64,000 nucleotides of DNA from Patellaria atrata CBS 101060. Lineage: Eukaryota. A program made the position numbers and the translations under genes. Position 1 is the first letter of the stretch, and each line of letters starts with the position of its first letter. Location of the stretch: assembly GCA_010093705.1 (NCBI GenBank), contig MU006098.1:293981-357980 (forward strand), given 5' to 3'. Shown here piece by piece: positions 22,265 to 35,637 of this stretch. The notes beneath the pieces were generated by a model, which saw nothing but the letters and a program-made list of their open reading frames with translations, was not told where the DNA came from and ran no database searches.

Positions 22265-25200
22265 CTACCCCCTCATCCCCTTCAAGAAGCCCTCAAGATC
22301 AAACTCCTCTTCATAGAGCCTCTCATCCCAAAGTTCGCTCAGCTCATCAAGCAGCGTCGTGCCCTTGCCCTTCCTCCTCACCTCGCCCGTCGCATCGACC
22401 GCATTCTCCTCGTTCACATTTTCTACATTGGGGTCGGGGAGAGGAGGGACGGACGATGGATCTGCGTCGGCAGCGGAGAAGTTGAAGAGATCGAGGATCT
22501 GGTCTGTTTCCATGGATCCGAGACCGGCGTTTTGCTGGTTTACCACTGTTGAGGCGACGTCGATTTTGAATCGTTGGAGACTGTGTGGTATCAGCAATGG
22601 CATCCATACATGGGGTTGGTTCCCTTTTTTTTCATGGGATGGGGGGAAGAGGTAGAGGTGGGGTGTAACGGGGCGAAAAACATACTTCAAAATCTTCTCC
22701 TCCAACGTCCCCCTAGTAACGATCCGGTAAACGTTAACCACCTTCTTCTGCCCGATCCTATGCGCGCGGTCCATGGCCTGCAGATCCTTCTGCGGGTTCC
22801 AATCGTGCTCGACGAAGATGACGGTATCGGCGCCCGTGAGGTTGAGCCCGAGGCCGCCAACGCTCGTCGTCAGCAGCAGCACATCGTACGAGGGGTCCGA
22901 GTTGAATTTGTTCACGATGTCCTGACGCTTGCCTGCTTCGACGGATCCGTCGAGTCGCATGTATTGCACTGAGGGGAGCATTTTGCGGAGCACTTCGGTT
23001 TGAACCATGTCGAGCATTTCTTTCATTTGGCAGAAGATTAGGGCGCGGTGCTGGGATACTGCTTCTCCGCCTGGCACCTCGCCTGGGCCGGTGGATTCAA
23101 CACCGATACCGCAGTCGACGAGTAAGTCCTTGAGCGCGCCGAGTTTGGGGGCGTGCGCGATGTCTTGCAAAGAGCTATTTTTGGATTGTAGGTACGATTG
23201 GATGGCTGCATATTGTTTGTGTCCCTCTTTCATGACGAGCGCGGGGGAATTGCAGAGTTTGCGCATGTATTGGAGGGCTTGGAAGATGTGTTGTTTGGAC
23301 TCTCTATCACCACTAATCGCTTTGTCAGCGATAGTTTTACCCTCTTTCTTTGTGAAATCTTCGAAGATTTTGCGTTGGAGGTCGCTGAGGTCGCAGTAGT
23401 AGTTCTGCAGGATCTTCGGGGGTAGGTCGTTGAGGACTTCTTCTTTGAGCCTTCGGAGGAGAAAGGGTAGAACTTGTTTGTGCAATGCTTCGATGGCCAG
23501 CGCGCCGGCCTCTTGCTCTTTGGAGGAGGATTTCGCGTATCTGCTCCCTTGAATGGGTTTAGCGAAGCGGTCTTGGAAGATCTTCTCTGTGCCGAGGAAG
23601 CCAGGCATGAGGAAGTCGAATAAGCTCCACAGCTCAAGCACATTGTTCTGGATGGGGGTACCGGAGAGGATGAGACGATGATTGCTAATGAGACGCTTGA
23701 CAGCTTGTGTTGCTTTGGCTTTGGGGTTCTTGATTAAATGTCCTTCATCAAGGACGCAGTAGTTCCAGCTTAGCGGCGCGAGTATATCGATGTCATTCCT
23801 ACAGATGTCGTAGGATGTAATGACAATGTCTGTAGAGCTGAGCCTGGACCTGTGTTTTCCACGCTCGCCTGGGGGGCCGACATAGGCGACGCAATCGAGG
23901 AAGGGGGCGTAGGTTTTTATTTCTTGTTGCCAATGACCGGAAAGTGTCGGTGGGCAAATGATAAGAGATGGAAGACGACGGACGTCGGAATTTTGTGTCT
24001 TTTCATACTCCTCTGCTCGCAGATGGTGATCGCTAGCGACAATGCATAGGGTTTGTAGAGTTTTCCCGAGACCCATGTCATCACAGAGAATGCCGTGGAG
24101 ATTGTACTTCCTAAGGAAGGCAAGCCAGTTCACACCATCTTGTTGATATGAGCGAAGTGTGGCCTTGATTCCAACGGGGATCTCAAAGTTCTCAACTTTC
24201 TTTGGGTCAAGCATCTGGGCGATGAACTTCCGTTCATTTTCACGACCTTTGAGTAACTCTTCTGATAGGCCTGGAGGATCGGGTATACCCGCTTCGAGTG
24301 GTACCAACTTGACTAGGGTCGCAAATGTTGTGGTTGCGATAAGTCGAATTTCAGTATCAGAATCGCTCATACGACCAAGTACGGGAACAATCAAGAAGAT
24401 GACGTAGGGTAAAATATTATCTTCCATAACGTGGATGAGATGATAGATTGTTTCAATGGCACCTTGACGGTGGTGGACATCGAGAGCGTTCTTTAGCGAT
24501 GGCAGAACGTGGTCAACAAGGGTCGTTATTCCCTCAACGTTCATGACGCTACAAATCGTAGCGAAACACTTTGCAGCAGCATAACGAAGGACAGATAATT
24601 TCGACCGAAGAGCTTTGGTGATGAGAGGTAACAGTTGCGAAACGAACGAATAGAGATCTAGATGAAACTTCGGTACAAGAGCTCGAAGCGTGGATAGAGC
24701 ATCAACAGCTTCCTGCCCAAGACTGTTGTCCGGATCAGTGAGATTCGATGATAGTTCATCTGCACCAAAGACTTGTTGGATAGGTGATTCGATAAGGGTT
24801 CGCAGGATAGGAAGTCTTTCGAAGAGAACAGCGCCAAACATTCTCACAAGCTGCTCCAACGCTTCCTTTGCACCGCGTCGTTGGATTCTAGCTGCTTTCG
24901 CTTCCCGCTCGAATTTAGCAGCATCTGGCGCGTCGCGAATGTCTTCATCTTTCTTCAGTGAGAGAATACCAGATTCTCTATCTGCATTAACATGGAACTC
25001 CGGCGTCTCAGATGTGTCAACGGCAGCAAACTTGACAAGGTTACCGACGATCTTCTCGAACACTGTTCGTTTTCCAGATTCAACCAAGGAATTAACGAGT
25101 TGGGCAATGCCTAGAGCAGACCGTTTCTGAAGATCGAGGTTTTCCTCCTTCTTGACACTATCCATCATACCTTTAATGACGGGTCCTGGTTTCTTCGGTA

Positions 25201-28200
25201 CTGTTTTCAATGCAACAATAGCGGAGGATGCTGCAGCTATTATGCGTGTATCTCGCTGCTCTTTGACAGTTTGCGCTTCTTCTATAGCTCGCTTAGCATC
25301 GAGTTGCGCAGATTCTAAAGCTTCAATAGACTGCAGTCTGTTCGCTGGAGTGAGGGACTTCTTGAGTCTTTCGAAATCAGAACCAACAATCTTCTCGCCG
25401 TCTGCGACGGAGAACGCATATTTAGCATATGCATCTGGTTCCCCTTGTACCTTGATCGCAAGTTGAGGAAGCCTTCCATGGGGAACATTTGCATTTTGGG
25501 AAAACGTATTTAAGAGGTTTTGACACTGTGCTCGTGCAACTTGAAGATAGCTTACGAGGTCTGCGTAGCATGATGGTAATTTTTGGTCGATGAGCGTCAG
25601 TAATACTGGAGTTAATTCTCGTTCCAAAGCTCCAACATTGGTCGTAGCGTTCGCGTACTCTTCGATAACTAAGGCTGTAAAAAGAATGGTCGTGGAGTGA
25701 GGAGATCTGAGGTTGAGGACAATCTTTACCCCGAATACTGGACCTCTAGTCGATTCTGGCCACAAAGCAATTGCTTGGCCTAGTGCATTTGCAGCGGCAA
25801 TCTTGTTTCTGATCATAACATCCACACCCACGAGGTCAACATCACCACTCATTACGTGGCCATCAATGTTGTGAGAAGATATCTGTGGGGTGACTTCCCT
25901 CTCCTTCTTCTCCGACCGACGACGTTTCTTCGCCGCAGGCTCTGCGGTCGGGGAGGCTTTGCGTGTACTATGAGATGGTAGACTGTATGTCTGTCCAGAT
26001 GGGCGGAGGAACAGCGTGGGATCCATCGGGATGGGGTGACGGGACACACCGATGGGATGCAAGGTAAGGGTAATCAGTGGATCAATGTGAGGCGTGAACT
26101 CTTTAGAGAGTATTTCAGCCGACTTTGACGAGAGCGCGTTTATCAACGCGGTCCAGACTTTGGAGGATAGTTTCAAGACGGTTTCATTGCGCTCGACAAT
26201 GATATTCTGATAGATCAGTCGTAAAGCCATTCCACCAATCCAGTCTCTAGTTCCTTGGCCTTCGATATCGAGGAATGTTAGCAGAGCTCTGAGTACTGCA
26301 GATCGAACGGTCGTGATTGTGTGCCGAAGGAATGGGAATAGTCGAGGAACAAGTTTTGCGAATGATTGCTCTGGATCCTTTGCTGCATTCTCTTTCATAG
26401 CGTCTAATATCTCGGGGAAGCTGCAGAGTTTCGCTAGAAGGTCCATAACAGCACCCGTACTTGCGCTAAGATCATCATCTAAGTCTGAAAGACAGTTCCA
26501 AACAATGTGCATAAGCTCGCTTAGCTGTGTAGGGCGTAACTTGACGAAATCTTGAGCCACCGGTATCAAGGTAGCAGCACTAACGGATCTAACATCATCT
26601 TGAAAATCTGCGAGACCAGTCATGACGGCGTTGAGAACTCCATCCATGAGGGATTGGTCCTGAGAGACGACGTCATTACGAACCGCAACGAGATATCGAA
26701 GACCAGTCATACCACCGTAGCTTGCTTCCCATACACGTTTATGTTCACCTCCCTCCTGCTTGACCAGACGTATCAGGACCCGATATACAGCCTTGACAGA
26801 GGGAATAGGAAGGTGTTGGAGCACAGCACCAAGGGTTTGCGCGGCAGTCTCTCGGACAGGAGCGATGGCTGTATCAGAACCGAAATCTCCAAACCGATCA
26901 AGCATGAATACGCAGGTTATGCGGCAGGCCAAGTCGTCCAGCCATCTCCTATTCAATAGATCATTTTGAGCCCGAGTCTTGCCTCGCTGGCGACCTGCAC
27001 CAGCCCCATGAACACGAATAACCTCGCGGAGTCCCATAGCTGCACCATGACGCACTTCCCAAGCATGATCGAAAAGGTCGACCGTGAGGAACTCGGTTAA
27101 GCGATCGAATGGCCACTCCCAACCTTCTGCTTCTGCTTCAGTTTGGAAAGTCGATTTTTCCGGAACCTGGACTCCTTTGAATTCAGATACGAGTTTGGAT
27201 TCATCATCGCCGTTTTGCCGCTCCAGAGAGAAGTAGTCATTTGGTGCACCTTCGCTCTCTTCCCTTTTGACTTCGGTCTTGACAGCATGAGGTTGGGAGC
27301 TAGCAGGGGTTTGCGGATAGTCTGTTACACTTGGCCTCCGTACGGAAAGATCCACTATCCTGACCTTATTGGCTTGGTTCTTGAACTCTTTCTTGTTCTT
27401 GCGCTTTAACATGTTCAATTGTCGCTTGCTCAGACCCGCTTCATCCTGTGGAGTTTGGGATTGTGCATCATGAGGTGAGGTAGCCCCAGTTGCCGAGTGC
27501 ATGCTATTCTGACGTGATACCGAAGTGTCCAGTTTGTGCAAGGAGTTGGATTTCGACAAACTGGGAGTTGGTAACGCTGTAAAGTCTCTTTCTGTGACGA
27601 GTTCCTCCTCCATATACTCGCCACCTAATCCGAGACGAGCTGTTAGCGTTTTCTTTTGATGTGCTAACCTCTCGGCAGGATCCATGCCCGCAAACTTGTA
27701 GTCATACTCCTTTCCTGCGCTCCCTAATAACTTCTTCCCATATATAAGGATAGAGTTGACATCGAGAGTCTCGAGCTGGAGTTGATCATCGTTAGGGGGC
27801 AGAACTCCATCTTCTTCTTGTTTGATCTCCTCCTGCTTGATACTTGACCCATTTGTGGAGCTACCATTTGATTCAGACTTGATGGGTTCGTCTTCAGCGT
27901 TTGGGTCGAACTTTTCAGCATTGTCGACAATACCTCCTATCGCTTTGGCCGCAGCCGTACGAGTTTCCCAGCTCTTGGATCTGAGATAAGGGACTACTCG
28001 TGTAAGTAAGTTGAATAATTCGTCCGGATGCTGTTTCTGGACATCGGCGAGCTGTTGAGCGGCGGTATTCCGTATTAATTGAGTACTCCCAGTCTCCAGT
28101 AATCTATATAGCCATTAGTCAACCGCGACATAGAGTCGCACAAGACTCGTTTGGTATGTGAATTGTTTGCTTCTTACGTGACTAGACGATCGAGCCTATG

Positions 28201-28305
28201 ATAAATCACATGATCAGTTAGTATATGCAAGCATTACGCAAAGCGGTAAATTTAGGGTGGGGTGTTTTAGGAGGTCAGGGCGGCTCAAACATACCTCGAA
28301 GCCAT
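22265..28305 (-). CDS. MOT1: TBP-associated SNF2-family ATPase Mot1/BTAF1
   Basis: Exons 28305-28295, 28195-28178, 28103-22686 and 22580-22265. Begins MASRLDRLVTLLETGST. HEAT region WEVRHGAAMGLRE, then LCDDMGLGKT, DEGH, LSGTPIQN, QAMDRAHRIGQ. Confidence 0.97.
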
Positions 28306-30517
28306 AATGATTTACACCGCTTATGCAGCCCACCCGAACTGATTCAAACAAATACAAAGTAAGAAGAAAAGAACAAGAGAAAAGAGATGCAGAATAGTCA
28401 AACAACACGGGCCTGAGACTGCACCAAACACGACCACGTGTTAAAATAATCAGAAAGAAATTGATGGAAAAGTGAAAGGCAGGATACAAGTCATCATTCA
28501 GGTGTTTGACGTGCAATCAAACATTGAAATGTGTGAGATGGGGATTCAGGTTAGGTACCTTTTGCGACATGAGACGGGCTGAACTGCAAGTAAGGTAGGT
28601 AATAAAGTACCGTACTGCACCAATAACACTGAATACCTAAGAAGATGAAGTAAACAGCGTTTGGGCAGATTCCTAAATCAGACAACTACAGAATAAGGAA
28701 AGAGTAAATGATGAGCCAATAAAAGAGCAGTTGAAAAAAAGGGAAGAGATAACACAGTTTGGGGCAAGTGTAGGCTCTGTTAGCTCAGTTGGTTGTTTTT
28801 GCTTCTCTCAGATTCATGCAACTTCCTTTCGGATTGTGTCAAATGATTATTAGTAGGTAGTAGGTAGGGAAGATGGCAAGCCGGGACCCGGACACTTCAC
28901 ACTTGTGAATGCGAAGGTCCAGGCTCTAATATAACCAGAAAGAGCGAGCCCTGTGCGCTGAATGCTGGCTTGGCAAACGAACTAACGCGCCCGCTTTTCG
29001 CTTTTTCAACCCCCCGGAACATCGCCCATCACCCATCCGTCATCTTTGATTCGCTCAACTTTTTACATCGAAAAGATCAAAAATGCTTTGTTCTCTAATC
29101 TTGATTCATATTTCCATTTTTCACGGACCTATCTACATTAACTTATCACCATCTTCTTACTTTACACTCATCTCTTCACTATTATCTACCTTTCTCACCC
29201 ACGAAGGCATGATACGCGTTGGGTCTGGGAATCAGGAAACCTGGCAAAAATGAGAACCGAAATCAGAAATGAGAAATGAGGCTGACAGGGGGCCACCCGC
29301 CAGCTAAGCCTCAACAGTACTAGATGACTGTTATAACTGCACGTGATCGCGAATTTCTCCCCTATCACTTGGGAAAATCCTCAACCACCCGGCAGATGGC
29401 GGAGCATCATCCAAACACAACTCCAATTATTATGACTGATGATTGTTGAAACTTCTTGCCAGATGCTTGATGCATCATATTGTAGTATCTCGACCCGTCA
29501 GCTGTATTCTCCCAGGCCACAGCGAGGTAGACAGCAACAAGAGGCCAGGTGTCAACATGAAGGTGAGAATGCATGATGAGGTCTGGACTGGGAGACTTCC
29601 ATTAGAGAACATCAGCGTCTCGTTGATGCATTAACCTAAAATATTTCCTGATCTGCCTAGTTTGAGTAATGAGATGTTTTTTTTTCGTCATTCGTTCACT
29701 GTCGCTATCACCAAGGTAGCTTTGCAAGCTGAGCATCCAGAGCTTCAACAGCCTTGACTTCAGCAGTACTTCCACATCTACTTCATTCCCATTCAAAAGA
29801 TACTGTGTCGAACGAAAAGGAAAACCGATGTATCACGATATATAGTACTCTACAAGAGATAGTAATTATTACATTAGATATGTTGGCCTAGGGTATTCCA
29901 GATCTTCCAGGTTCCAACAGAGGAAACAACAGACCAACTCACCCCTGCCTATTCCGGAAACATCTCCCCCCTGTTGAACAGCACCTCATCACATGGTTCT
30001 TGAGCATATCTTATCGTCCCAACTCAATGATAGAGATCACCATGCCTTCTATTTTGGAAAACACTACTATGATGGCAGATAAGGTAAGCTGATTACCATA
30101 AAATACGCCGAACTTCAACAAAGGCATTTTGGTTTTACCGTACCTAGCCTAGGAAAGATAACGATACTAGACCAGTCATGACTAGTTGAAAATCCTCACC
30201 TTCAAAATTTATATCATGGTTTTCGTGGCCATATTACTCTCAGTTCACTATCTGACTCCTTGCGAAGCTCTTGAGTGCATCCTACTTCTTTCCTTGTCAG
30301 AGTGCTTCACGACTCATTGCACGGCTGCGCTTAGAAAGGTACTCGGAGTCCACTAAACACTTGAAGCAATTGTACCATTGACCGCAAGCTATATGATTCC
30401 TTGCTCAACGATATGTTCGCGGACTGTACTGTCGGAGCTCACTGTACGGTGCGGTACAGTGCGAAATGACTTCCTGCGCAAGACCACTGAGATGTTCAGA
30501 TTAGTTTGGTGGACCAA

Positions 30518-30752
30518 AAATGGATCAAACTGTGCGGATTGACCAAAGTGTACGATACGAGTCAAAATGTACGGAACGACCAAATCGTACGAATTGACCG
30601 AATCTTACATCGACGACAACCTAGTATGGAGGCTCTAGCTGTACCTTAAAGCTTCACTTCACGTTAAAGGTCCGCTGTACGTCAGACGTCTACTATACGT
30701 TAAAGGTTCACCGTACCTTCGATATCCACCGTACGTCAAAGGTCAAGAGTAC
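30518..30752. repeat. Two adjacent degenerate 18-bp minisatellite arrays
   Basis: About 5 units like GGATTGACCAAAGTGTAC (30518-30608) and about 6 units like ACGTTAAAGGTTCACCGT (30643-30750). Confidence 0.65.
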
Positions 30753-31831
30753 AGTATATGAAGACTCTGTGCTCCATAATACTCCAGATTGACGTTCGAG
30801 CCTGCGAGCATCCGGGAGTATACAGCAACAATATACAGCAACCAAAGATAGAACATCTATCCATCCCTCCTTCCTCAACCACACCATCTTCCGTTCCCAA
30901 CGCCTCGTCAAACCAACCCATAGTATACAGGCAATCTGTAAGGTATCCATCTATCCGTCTCTGGAGTTGACTCCATAGGAGATGAAGTAGTATATCAACC
31001 TCACCGTCCACGGATATGGGATACGGTATACCAAAGTATCTTAGTCCTGGGATGTCCATCGGATGTAGTATAATAATATGAGTAGGATTTTACAGCATAT
31101 ATTAGGACCGGGGGGGGGCGCCTGGGCGTGATACGCTGTCAAGCTATGTTATGGATCCCAGGCACATGGAGTACATAGCAACCAAGAGGAACGAAGGAAC
31201 TGTACCGTATATCGCACAAAGAAGTGTGCTACTGGTACCGAAGTCCTGAATCTACCCACCATATATCATAACCCAGAGAAAAGTAAGCTATATATCTATC
31301 CAAGCACTTCATCCTACCGCCCCTTACTATACTTTACAACTACAGAACACCCTCTTATACGGGGCGACCCCTGATCGAGTGTTTGCGCCTGACCTGGTAT
31401 ATCCAGCCCAACCTACCCTTCCCTCATTCCAAAAACATGCAAAATGGCTTAACCCCCACCAACGGCCACGCGAAGCGCAAACCCGTTACCCACATTCGCT
31501 CGCATCCCTCTGTCTATTTGTCCTTAACCAGACGGTCGCGCTACGTTCCCGCAGATGTAACGGTACGATTTCCCCGGGCCTAGAGGTGGGCTAATACCCA
31601 TCTTTCCAGTAGAAGGTTGTCTGTGTGGGAAATACGGCGTTTGGGATCACCCGACGATTAAGGTACTGAGGTCCTTCAATCTTCTTCATGTTTTAGGTTG
31701 GTGGATACAACCATATTCTTCTTCCCAATGCCCTATATACAAACCTCCCAATAAGTACCTCAGCTTTAGGTTTACCCCCCTTCTCGATGCATACACCTAC
31801 CTTACTCCTTTCTACTTCCCCCTCCTCGTCT

Positions 31832-33888
31832 CTATTCCTCTCTAGCCATCCCCTTCGCCCACTCCCTAAGTACATTCTTCTTAACCTTCCCCGTACTCGT
31901 CTTCGGCAACTCCCTCACAACCTCGACCTCCCTGGGGACCATGAATCTACTGATCCCACTCTGATGTTTCGCCCACTCGATAACATCTTCCCCCGTTACC
32001 TGGTTACCATCCTCCGCACCACCCTCTTTAACCGTAACAAAAGCTTTCGGTCTCTCCCCCCAATGACTATCCGGCACCGCCACAACGCCCGCCTCAAGGA
32101 TGGCCGGATGCGTGGCCAACATACTCTCCAGCGCGACCGACGAGATGTTCTCTCCGCCACTGATGATGATATCCTTCTTTCGATCGAGGATCTTGACCGC
32201 GCGATCCGGATACCACACCGCCAGATCCCCGGTATGGCTCACGCCTCCCGCCCATAGCTTTCTCGTCGCGTCCCCATCCTTATGATAGCCCTTTGCGCAG
32301 ATATTGCCCTCGAGGACAATTTCCCCGATCTCCTTCCCGTTTCGCTCCACGTCGATGATGACGCCGTCAGCTTGGTCGGTCTTGATGACGCGCGCGGGTA
32401 GCGAGGTAACGAAGCCGTGTCCCTGCCTCGCCATTTGCTCGTATCTCTCCGTTTCGGGCAAGTCGTCCCAGGACAGCATGTGGTAGCCCTTGGTGATAGG
32501 CCCGTACGTTTCCGTGAGCCCGTACACGTGGACAGGATGCAGGTTCAGCTTCGTCATTTGTCGGAAGAGATGCGGGGTGGGCGGGGACGCTGCGACGGTT
32601 ACGCGGACGGGAGAGGGGAGGGGCGCGGCGGCGGGAGAGGCGCAGAGGAGCGTGTTGACTGTCGGCGCGGCGTTAAAGTGGGTTATCTTTTCGGTTTTGA
32701 GGAGGCGCCAGATTTCGGGGTAGTCGATTTTGCGGAGGCAGTAGTGGGTTCCTCGCACGGCGGTTATGGACCAGGGGAATGTCCAGCCTGTGAAAGAGAT
32801 GATTAGGATTTTTTGAACGGAGTAGAGGGGTTCGACAAGGGGTTAGAAATTTTGGAAGTGGGATATATATACATATGAGTTACTGTACTGTACCTGTAGC
32901 ATGAAACATTGGTAACGTCCATAAATACCGACACCGCCCCTTGTGAAAGTTCAATCCACTCTCAATCACGTTTCCCAACGCCGCTAAATAAGCGCCGCGA
33001 TGCGTATACTCGACTCCCTTCGGTCTCGCTGTGGTGCCGCTCGTATAAGCCAGCGCGATCAAGGCTTCTTCATCCTTAGCCTGCGCCTCGAGGCCATCCC
33101 ATCCTTTATTACCAATTCGGGTGTCATGTTGCAGTCCCTCGAGCACGGCATTGTCGAAAGGTCCGCTGAGCTCGCCTTCAATAGCATCGGTGTCGGTGTC
33201 GATGAGGATTGGCACAGAGGGGTGCTGGGAGGAGTAGGCGGAGAGAAGGTATGAGAATTCGGCATCAGCGATTATGAGGTCGACTTCCGCATGATCGAAT
33301 ATATATGTTATATCATCTTTCTTGAGGCGATAGTTCACACCTGCAGATGTTAGCAGTTGCTAAGAAGGTGCGGAGGTGTTGCGTGCCTTCCTGTCTGGTC
33401 AAGCTGGAATGAGAAGGGAAGGGACGTACCGACACTCAGACCACCCGCGGCTGCGATCCCGAAAAGCGATTCCAGAAAGGCAGGCGTGTTGGTTGCGAGG
33501 ATCCCAACGCGTTTGTATCCATGCTTCTTCAGATAGTATGCTAGTCCCCTTGCGCGGTCGGCAGCTTCTTCGTATGTGCGGTGGAGGATCTTGTTGTTGG
33601 CCGTGCGATGGTAGATAGCGATAGCCTAGGTATTAAATAAACTTTCATCAGCTTCCGATTCATCAATGTAGCTTATTGTTTCTTCAAGCTGTTGTGGAGG
33701 GTGGAGTGGTAGCATACATCTGGCTCTATAGCTGCGGCACGAGGGAGAAAGAAGGTAGGTGAGAGGGTATGGAAATTATAATGATGATTGAACTCTCCGG
33801 AACTAGTGGATTCTGCTAGTGTGGAAGAGGACGAAGAAGGCGTGAAGTGTGCGACGAGCTTTGCGAGACGGGATTTTGGTCCTGACAT
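31832..33888 (-). CDS. AMP-binding acyl-CoA synthetase (AAE/butyrate-CoA ligase-like)
   Basis: Exons 33888-33718, 33625-33430, 33340-32894 and 32787-31832. Motifs YTSGTTARPKG, TLPMFHATGW, YGLTETYGP, HTGDLA, DRKKDIIISGGENI, PKTSTGK. Confidence 0.95.
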
Positions 33889-34667
33889 AGTGGAGGTGGG
33901 ATGGAAGGACGTGTGAACCTAGGATTTCCTCTGTACAAAGCTATCTGAAACAGAAATGGCAACAAGGAGGTAGGAATTGACAGAAATATATGGACTTCAA
34001 CAGTAAACAAATACAATATGAACGGTAAGGAGAGAGATTGAAGTGTTTATCTTAGAATCGAATGTATGTGCTGGAAATACACCAGAGCTACCTTGGGAGA
34101 GTGGGGTGCGGTGAGATGAACCGCGGCCTCGGACTCCTCTCATCCGGCAAGGGGACTCGTGGATAATAAGGTATAAACTGGTAGCAAGTATCAACCTAGT
34201 CCATCAATCCAATTTCAACACTATGAGACTGTTCTTTGTTAGAGATTTTATACGCGACGATAGCTCTAGATCTACTGTTAGTTCCTAAGATATGATGGAA
34301 TGCTTTGATATGCGAATTTACTCCACCACATCGAATAGTACCAAAAAGGTATTTCTTCCTGAAACGTTGATATTAGATCATATTTGTTGTGAGATTATGA
34401 GACTGGCAAGGACTCTTTTGAGGGCTCATTTTTCTTTTTTGTATTTACTACATCGCGCGCACGAACCCAGGATCTAATTACCAGACCACCCGATGCGCAC
34501 ATGATGCAATGAAAAGACGAGAAGCGTACTACTCATCAAGTTTGATCTTGTGTAATTTACCCGAAGAAAAAAGGCACCCCAAGACAAACCGGAACAGAGA
34601 TTCTTATGATGTTTTCCGCACCAATTTGCTCAAGCGCCAATCAACCACACTATGCTCCTCTCGGCAC

Positions 34668-35637
34668 CTAGTAACCGTACTCAGCGAGTTGAGTCTTCGT
34701 CTTCTCGTCTACACTGGAGTTCTTCTTCGCCTCCGCGAGTTGCCTCCTTGCCGTCTTCTTGCGCTCATAGTATGCCGCGCTCTTAACCTTTCTCCTTTCC
34801 TCAAGTCTGGAATATTGTTGTTATTAAAATTTAAAACGCCAGGCAAGTTTGACCACGTACCTAGCAACAACGTCCTGATATTTCCAGCCGAACTCATGGC
34901 CTAGACGACCGACTGTGCAGTACTTGCGGCCAGGTTTGAGGCGGAGGACTCTAAGGGCTTGAGGGACTACAAGGCGCTTCTTGTGGTCATATGGAGGAGG
35001 AACACCCTCAAAGGTCTTTAGGCGTTCCAGGGCAGCGGCGCCACGGGCAGTCTTGTGAGGAATCATACCACGAACGGTTCGCCAGAAGATCTTAGAAGGA
35101 GCGCGGAAGTGGAAGGGACCTGAGATGTTAGTATGACCATCAATCTCGGATCTCGACATCCTTATGGAGGGCGATCTAGGGTATGAGGAATCTCACCTCC
35201 TCTGGTAGGGTTGAAACGGGTCTGCTTGCGAAGGAAAGCTTGATACTTTACTGTGGTTTGAAGTGTTTGTTAGCATTGTCTTCTACCACATAACGTGTAA
35301 GTTGAAGTGATTAGGGGTTCCACATACGCTTCGCGCGGAAGAATTCACCAGAGATGTTGAGAGCCTCGCAGCGCACAACGACGATTTTTTGGCCGTTGAG
35401 GAGCTGTTTGGCTACGGTACTAGCCAGACGACCGAGAAGATGACCTTTACCATCGATAACCTATGAGAAAAAAGCTGTTAGCATCTCATTTCATAAGAGT
35501 CCACCATCCAGCTGTGTTGTTTGTAGAAATCATGAAGTCCCGCATCACCAATCGTCCCAGAGCTTCCCACAGTCCACAGCCGCGTCCGGGAAGAAAATAT
35601 GAAATACACATACGATGACGGGTTCAAAGGTCGACAT
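34668..35637 (-). CDS. RPL16: 60S ribosomal protein uL13 (yeast L16)
   Basis: Exons 35637-35614, 35460-35328, 35250-35197, 35119-34861 and 34806-34668. Motifs [38 protein letters not shown]. Confidence 0.97.

Noticed and set aside
21150..22485. ORFs of 80-185 aa downstream of MOT1, and a G17 run at 21754-21770
   Set aside because: No recognisable motifs, partly antisense to MOT1; the G run is a simple homopolymer.
22347..27624. Numerous short ORFs inside MOT1 (likewise inside the acyl-CoA synthetase and ASG1)
   Set aside because: Antisense or off-frame shadows of real coding sequence.
30518..30752. CRISPR-like array
   Set aside because: Eukaryotic DNA, degenerate tandem units without unique spacers, and no cas genes.
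28400..31800. Telomerase RNA, snRNA or snoRNA in the long intergenic region
   Set aside because: I found no TAACCCTAA template or snRNA signature. Isolated RTGATGA/CTGA boxes lack a convincing guide or terminal stem. A covariance-model search would be needed.
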